Assembly (NCBI GenBank): GCA_937127245.1
Contig: CAKZLU010000048.1
Location: 9,028 to 73,027 of the forward strand
Length of the DNA stretch: 64,000 nucleotides
Direction of reading: 5' to 3'
Source of the DNA: an uncultured Actinomycetes bacterium
Lineage (GTDB): Bacteria > Actinomycetota > Geothermincolia > Fen-727 > JACVIW01
Shown here: piece by piece, positions 60,370 to 64,000 of the stretch
How the letters are laid out: every line of letters starts with the position of its first letter
Position numbering within the stretch: position 1 is the stretch's first letter
The notes under the pieces: model-generated
Told to the model about the DNA's origin: nothing
Seen by the model: the letters and a program-made list of their open reading frames with translations, nothing else
Databases searched by the model: none
Program-made: the position numbers and the translations under genes

Positions 60370-60923
60370 CGCTGAATTCTCTTCGGCGTAATTTGTCAAC
60401 GCCCTTTCTAATCCATATCTGTGTGCTCTTTCGCATTTACAAGACCGGCAAGGCTTAACGCCTGATCCTTGATTTCCCGCCTACACATTTTTTGCCCATT
60501 TTGAATGAAGCCATCACGCGAAAACCGCTTGTCGGTTGTTTTCAAAAGCGCCTGGGAGATTTCGCTTGAGTAATTAAGCATGTGTCATTTAGTAAGAAGC
60601 TCCACTGTTGTATAATTGCGCTTCAAAAGGGATAGTTATCTGCGCCCGAAAATTTTGGGAGCTTGCGTTTCCGAGTGACGGAAGCAATATATCCCGAAGG
60701 TGATAATCTCTTTAGCGATAAATCTTCAACGCTTTAATGGTATGAGGAAAAAATCTTGGCTTGCCGATTGCCTGAATTCATGTGCTCGCTTTTTGACAGA
60801 GGTATCACGTGGCTATATTAGCATGCGGACTCATACGCTTACGTAATGCGCCTTTGCCGGAGGACTCAAGCTTAAGAAGATAACGGTCGGATCAACCTAG
60901 TTGCACGAAGAAAGGGGTGTGGT

Positions 60924-62525
60924 ATGCCGAAGATCAAAAGGGCAATCATAAGCGTGTCCGATAAGAAGGATATAGTCTGGTTCGCGAAGGAACTCTCCCT
61001 GCGCGGTGTTGAGATTATCTCGACCGGAGGAACTTACAAACTTCTCGGGCAGGAAGGAATAAAGGTTATCCCTGTGGTTGAGGTCACGTCCTTTCCGGAG
61101 ATGCTCGATGGCAGGGTAAAGACGCTCCATCCAAAGATCCACGGGGGAATTCTCGCCGACAGGAATAAATCTGAGCATTTAAGGCAACTCGATTACCAGA
61201 AGATTCAACCTATAGATATGGTTGTCGTGAACCTTTATCCATTCAAGGAGACGGTATCCAAACCAGGTGTCACGAGGTCTGAGGCTATCGAGCAGATAGA
61301 CATTGGCGGACCGGCTATGGTTAGAGCCGCGGCGAAGAACCACGAACATGTCGCTGTTGTGGTAAATCCTCAGAGGTATCCCGAGATCATCAGGGAGATG
61401 AAAGAGAGGGGTGGAGAAATAAGCATTGAGACCCGCAGGCTCCTTGCGGTTGAGGCGTTCCGCCATACCGCTGAATATGACAGGATGATATGGGAATATT
61501 TATCCTCTGAGGTTTCAGGCTCCGATGCAGGGGTTTCGGAAAGCTCTCCGGGCGAACTCGAGGAAGATGTCCTATTTCCCTCGCGTCTCGAACTCACCTA
61601 CGACAGGAAAGCCATCTTGAGGTACGGCGAAAACCCGCACCAATCTGCGGCTCTCTACTCTGAACGTCCGCCCATAAGCGCTTCTTTGGCCACTGCGCCT
61701 CAATTGGCGGGTCCCCAGATTTCCTTCAACAACCTGCTTGACGCGGACGCCGCCTGGAAGTGCGCACTTGAATTTTCTGAACCAGCTTGCGTGATTGTGA
61801 AGCACAACAACCCGTGCGGTGTGGCGGTTCACCAGGACCTTTCACAAGCGTACAGAAGGGCTTATGAATGCGACCCCGTCTCAGCATACGGGTCTGTGAT
61901 CGCCTTGAACCGTAAAGTCACGGAAGCTTGCGCAAGCGCCATGAAGGACTTGTTCATCGAGGTGCTCGTGGCGCCCGGTTATGATGATGACGCGCTCGAA
62001 ATTCTCAAAGAGAAAAGGGATTTGAGGATTATCTCGCTTGAGGGATGGGGTTACGAGAAGTGCGAAATGCGTGATTTCAGGAAGATAGACGGCGGTTTGC
62101 TCGTACAGGATGCGGACAGGGACGAATGCGATCGAGAAAAGATGAAAGTGGTCACCACGAGAGAACCTGATGACCGCGAATGGAGAGACCTCCTTTTTGC
62201 GTGGCGCGTATGCAAGCATGTCAAGTCAAATGCCATAGTGCTTGCCCGTAACCTCGCGACCGTGGGGATTGGGGCTGGACAGATGAGCAGGGTTGACGCC
62301 GCGGCGATCGCCGTTGAAAAGGCGGGAAGCGACAGGGTGTCTGGGTGCGCCGTAGCAAGCGACGCTTTCTTTCCTTTCCCGGACGCGGTTCAAAAAGTGG
62401 CTGAAGCGGGAGCGGTCGCGATTATCCAGCCGGGAGGCTCAATCAGGGATAAAGAAATAATTGAGATATGCAACCGCTATCAGATCGCGATGGTTTTCAC
62501 CGGTATCAGGCATTTCAGGCATTAA
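60924..62525 (+). CDS. purH: Bifunctional AICAR transformylase/IMP cyclohydrolase
   Basis: ISVSDK, STGGT, GRVKTLHP, IDIGGP, LRYGENPHQ, KHNNPCG, ASDAFFPF, FTGIRHFRH. Confidence 0.97.
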   Translation: MPKIKRAIISVSDKKDIVWFAKELSLRGVEIISTGGTYKLLGQEGIKVIPVVEVTSFPEMLDGRVKTLHPKIHGGILADRNKSEHLRQLDYQKIQPIDMVVVNLYPFKETVSKPGVTRSEAIEQIDIGGPAMVRAAAKNHEHVAVVVNPQRYPEIIREMKERGGEISIETRRLLAVEAFRHTAEYDRMIWEYLSSEVSGSDAGVSESSPGELEEDVLFPSRLELTYDRKAILRYGENPHQSAALYSERPPISASLATAPQLAGPQISFNNLLDADAAWKCALEFSEPACVIVKHNNPCGVAVHQDLSQAYRRAYECDPVSAYGSVIALNRKVTEACASAMKDLFIEVLVAPGYDDDALEILKEKRDLRIISLEGWGYEKCEMRDFRKIDGGLLVQDADRDECDREKMKVVTTREPDDREWRDLLFAWRVCKHVKSNAIVLARNLATVGIGAGQMSRVDAAAIAVEKAGSDRVSGCAVASDAFFPFPDAVQKVAEAGAVAIIQPGGSIRDKEIIEICNRYQIAMVFTGIRHFRH

Positions 62526-62727
62526 GGGAGCATTTAAGGAGAATTCCTTGACGGAATAAACTCGCGCGAGTTTTGCCCTCATCGGCGCTTGAGCTTATCT
62601 TGTCGCTAGAGGGTCTCCATTTTGGATAAATTCTTGACGGCACTTTTTCAATCTAATTTTTGCTTTTGATGAAGATTTCTTTTGCGCGCCACTAAAACAA
62701 ACCGTAGATTTCCTTTAAAATATTGGC

Positions 62728-62803
62728 GGGCCAGTAGCTCAGTTGGCAGAGCACCGGACTTTTAATCCGGGTGTCGGAGGTTCGATTCCTCCCTGGCCTA
62801 CCA
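62728..62803 (+). tRNA. tRNA-Lys (UUU)
   Basis: 76-nt cloverleaf: acceptor GGGCCAG/CTGGCCT, anticodon arm CCGGA-CTTTTAA-TCCGG, TTCGATT loop, encoded CCA. Confidence 0.97.
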
Positions 62804-63900
62804 GGTTTTCCCTACAGTTCACCGAAAAACAAAGCCTGAATTTTTTCCCGCCCTGCGCCGAGGTGCAAGATCTCGCGCGCAATTTCTTTTCTGATGCTCA
62901 ATCTGTTCGATTGACTCTGTTTGATCGATTTTTCATGGGTTCGAGGCTCTCTTTTCCTTTCAAATCGTTTTCGTGGATATCCGTCGACTCCGCGCAATCC
63001 AAGCTTCATGATGTTGGGGCGTTAGATTTAATTTGGAAAAGGTTTATATGAAACGCTCATCTAAGTATCCTTGAAGAAAGCGGGGCGTTTGGATTCTTTG
63101 GCGCACTGAGAAGCCCATCTTTCCAAAAATTCTCTCTTCTCTTATCTCAAAAAAGCAGGATAACATTTGTTGCGAAAGATTAACGTCAGAACAACGTATT
63201 GATAAGGTTTTGGGCGGACGAAAGTGATAGAAAAGTAAGAAGTCCTTAGTCTTGCCGGGAATTGAGCGTAACGGAATTGACTCGAATCCGAAATCTCAGC
63301 GATTTTTTACGTGTTTCACCTTTTCAGCTTATACATTAACAAACGTGGAAACCCTATGGTCAGAGTGAGAAAGGTGTGGGAATCTGTTATCACGCTATTC
63401 TTGCCCGCGCTGATACTTGCCAGTTTTGGTGGGCCGCTGCCGCGTTTTTAAAAAGTGTGAAAGCCCGCTTTTTGAAACTAAACATTTCCTTCTGGAAAGG
63501 AATTGTACACTTGCGGTATTCCGAAAAAATAGACAGGGACAAACATACCCTGCGGGTGACGAATTCAAAAGTGTTCATCTCCTTATTTACTGAATTGCTG
63601 GACCGCAGATGTCTACGCAAGCGTTTTGCTGAAAAGTAGCGGGTTCTTTTGAATTTATTGCGCTGTTTTATAGTGGGGATATCTTCTTCGAGCACGAAAA
63701 AATTAAGAGCCAGCCTGCTGGTTTGGGAAAATGCACTCCCTTAGGGTTGAACGCACAGGAAGGCGCTCTTTTCTCTTAGTTCGATGTTGAAAGAAATCTT
63801 TTAGGTTTGCGTTTTCTCGTTTGATAAGAGCCTTTTATGGTTTATAATCCTTCCCAATAAATCCGCTAAGAATCGTTCTTGTAACTCCAAGGGAGGGCAT

Positions 63901-64000
63901 ATGGGTAGTGTCAAGGACCTCGTTAAAATTGAAGAACCCACGGATAGCCAGACAGGTATAGCGCGCTTCATTTTTTCCGACCGTTATTCGGTTTTCGACT
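63901..64000 (+). CDS. purC: SAICAR synthetase, 5' end only (runs off the window)
   Basis: GGAGG RBS, then MGSVKDLVKIEEPTDSQTGIARFIFSDRYSVFD, matching the GSVKD..FSDRYSVFD N-terminus I recall for one PurC subfamily; pur cluster context. Confidence 0.75.
   Translation, partial: MGSVKDLVKIEEPTDSQTGIARFIFSDRYSVFD

Noticed and set aside
60370-60923. ZTP, purine or PRPP riboswitch ahead of purH
   Set aside because: I could not find the conserved elements of any of these families in the spacer.
63376-63695. Overlapping ORFs 63376-63639 (+) and 63390-63695 (-)
   Set aside because: No RBS or motifs; two antisense ORFs in AT-rich sequence are likely spurious.
1-64000. CRISPR arrays, IS elements, prophage genes, and the many antisense shadow ORFs in the track
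   Set aside because: No regularly spaced repeats or transposase, integrase or phage motifs were seen; shadow ORFs overlap confidently identified genes.

Overview
A 64 kb chromosomal window from an anaerobic bacterium. The four tandem W/FYLxEG-type (DUF5719-like) repeats, the CooC/CooT/Ni-uptake genes and the Mo-cofactor genes suggest a deep-branching anaerobic actinomycete such as Ca. Geothermincolia; this is inference only. Most of it is housekeeping: a CbiMNQO/NikMNQO-type ECF metal transporter with cooT, DUF3842 and trxB; htrA, argS, nfo, lysA, nth; gltX-cysE-cysS-rlmB-sigH-tRNA-Thr; ZnuBC-like genes; ychF, radC; fdhD-mobA-moaD; and purL-purF-purM-purN-purH-tRNA-Lys-purC (partial). I found no CRISPR array, transposase, integrase or phage genes. 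The most unusual element is a three-gene operon at 39142-43223. It encodes a signal-peptide/membrane protein ending in a Cys-Ala repeat tail (GGSGCACACAGGGR), an RRE(PqqD-like)-radical SAM-SPASM enzyme and a class I methyltransferase, an architecture suggesting a RiPP-like maturation system acting on a protein tail. This operon carries at least five reading-frame lesions while the other genes look intact. Other leads: a terminator with a competing hairpin directly upstream of the cbiM/nikM RBS, a 6S-like structured RNA candidate near the window start, and a sigH stop codon that shares a base with tRNA-Thr.
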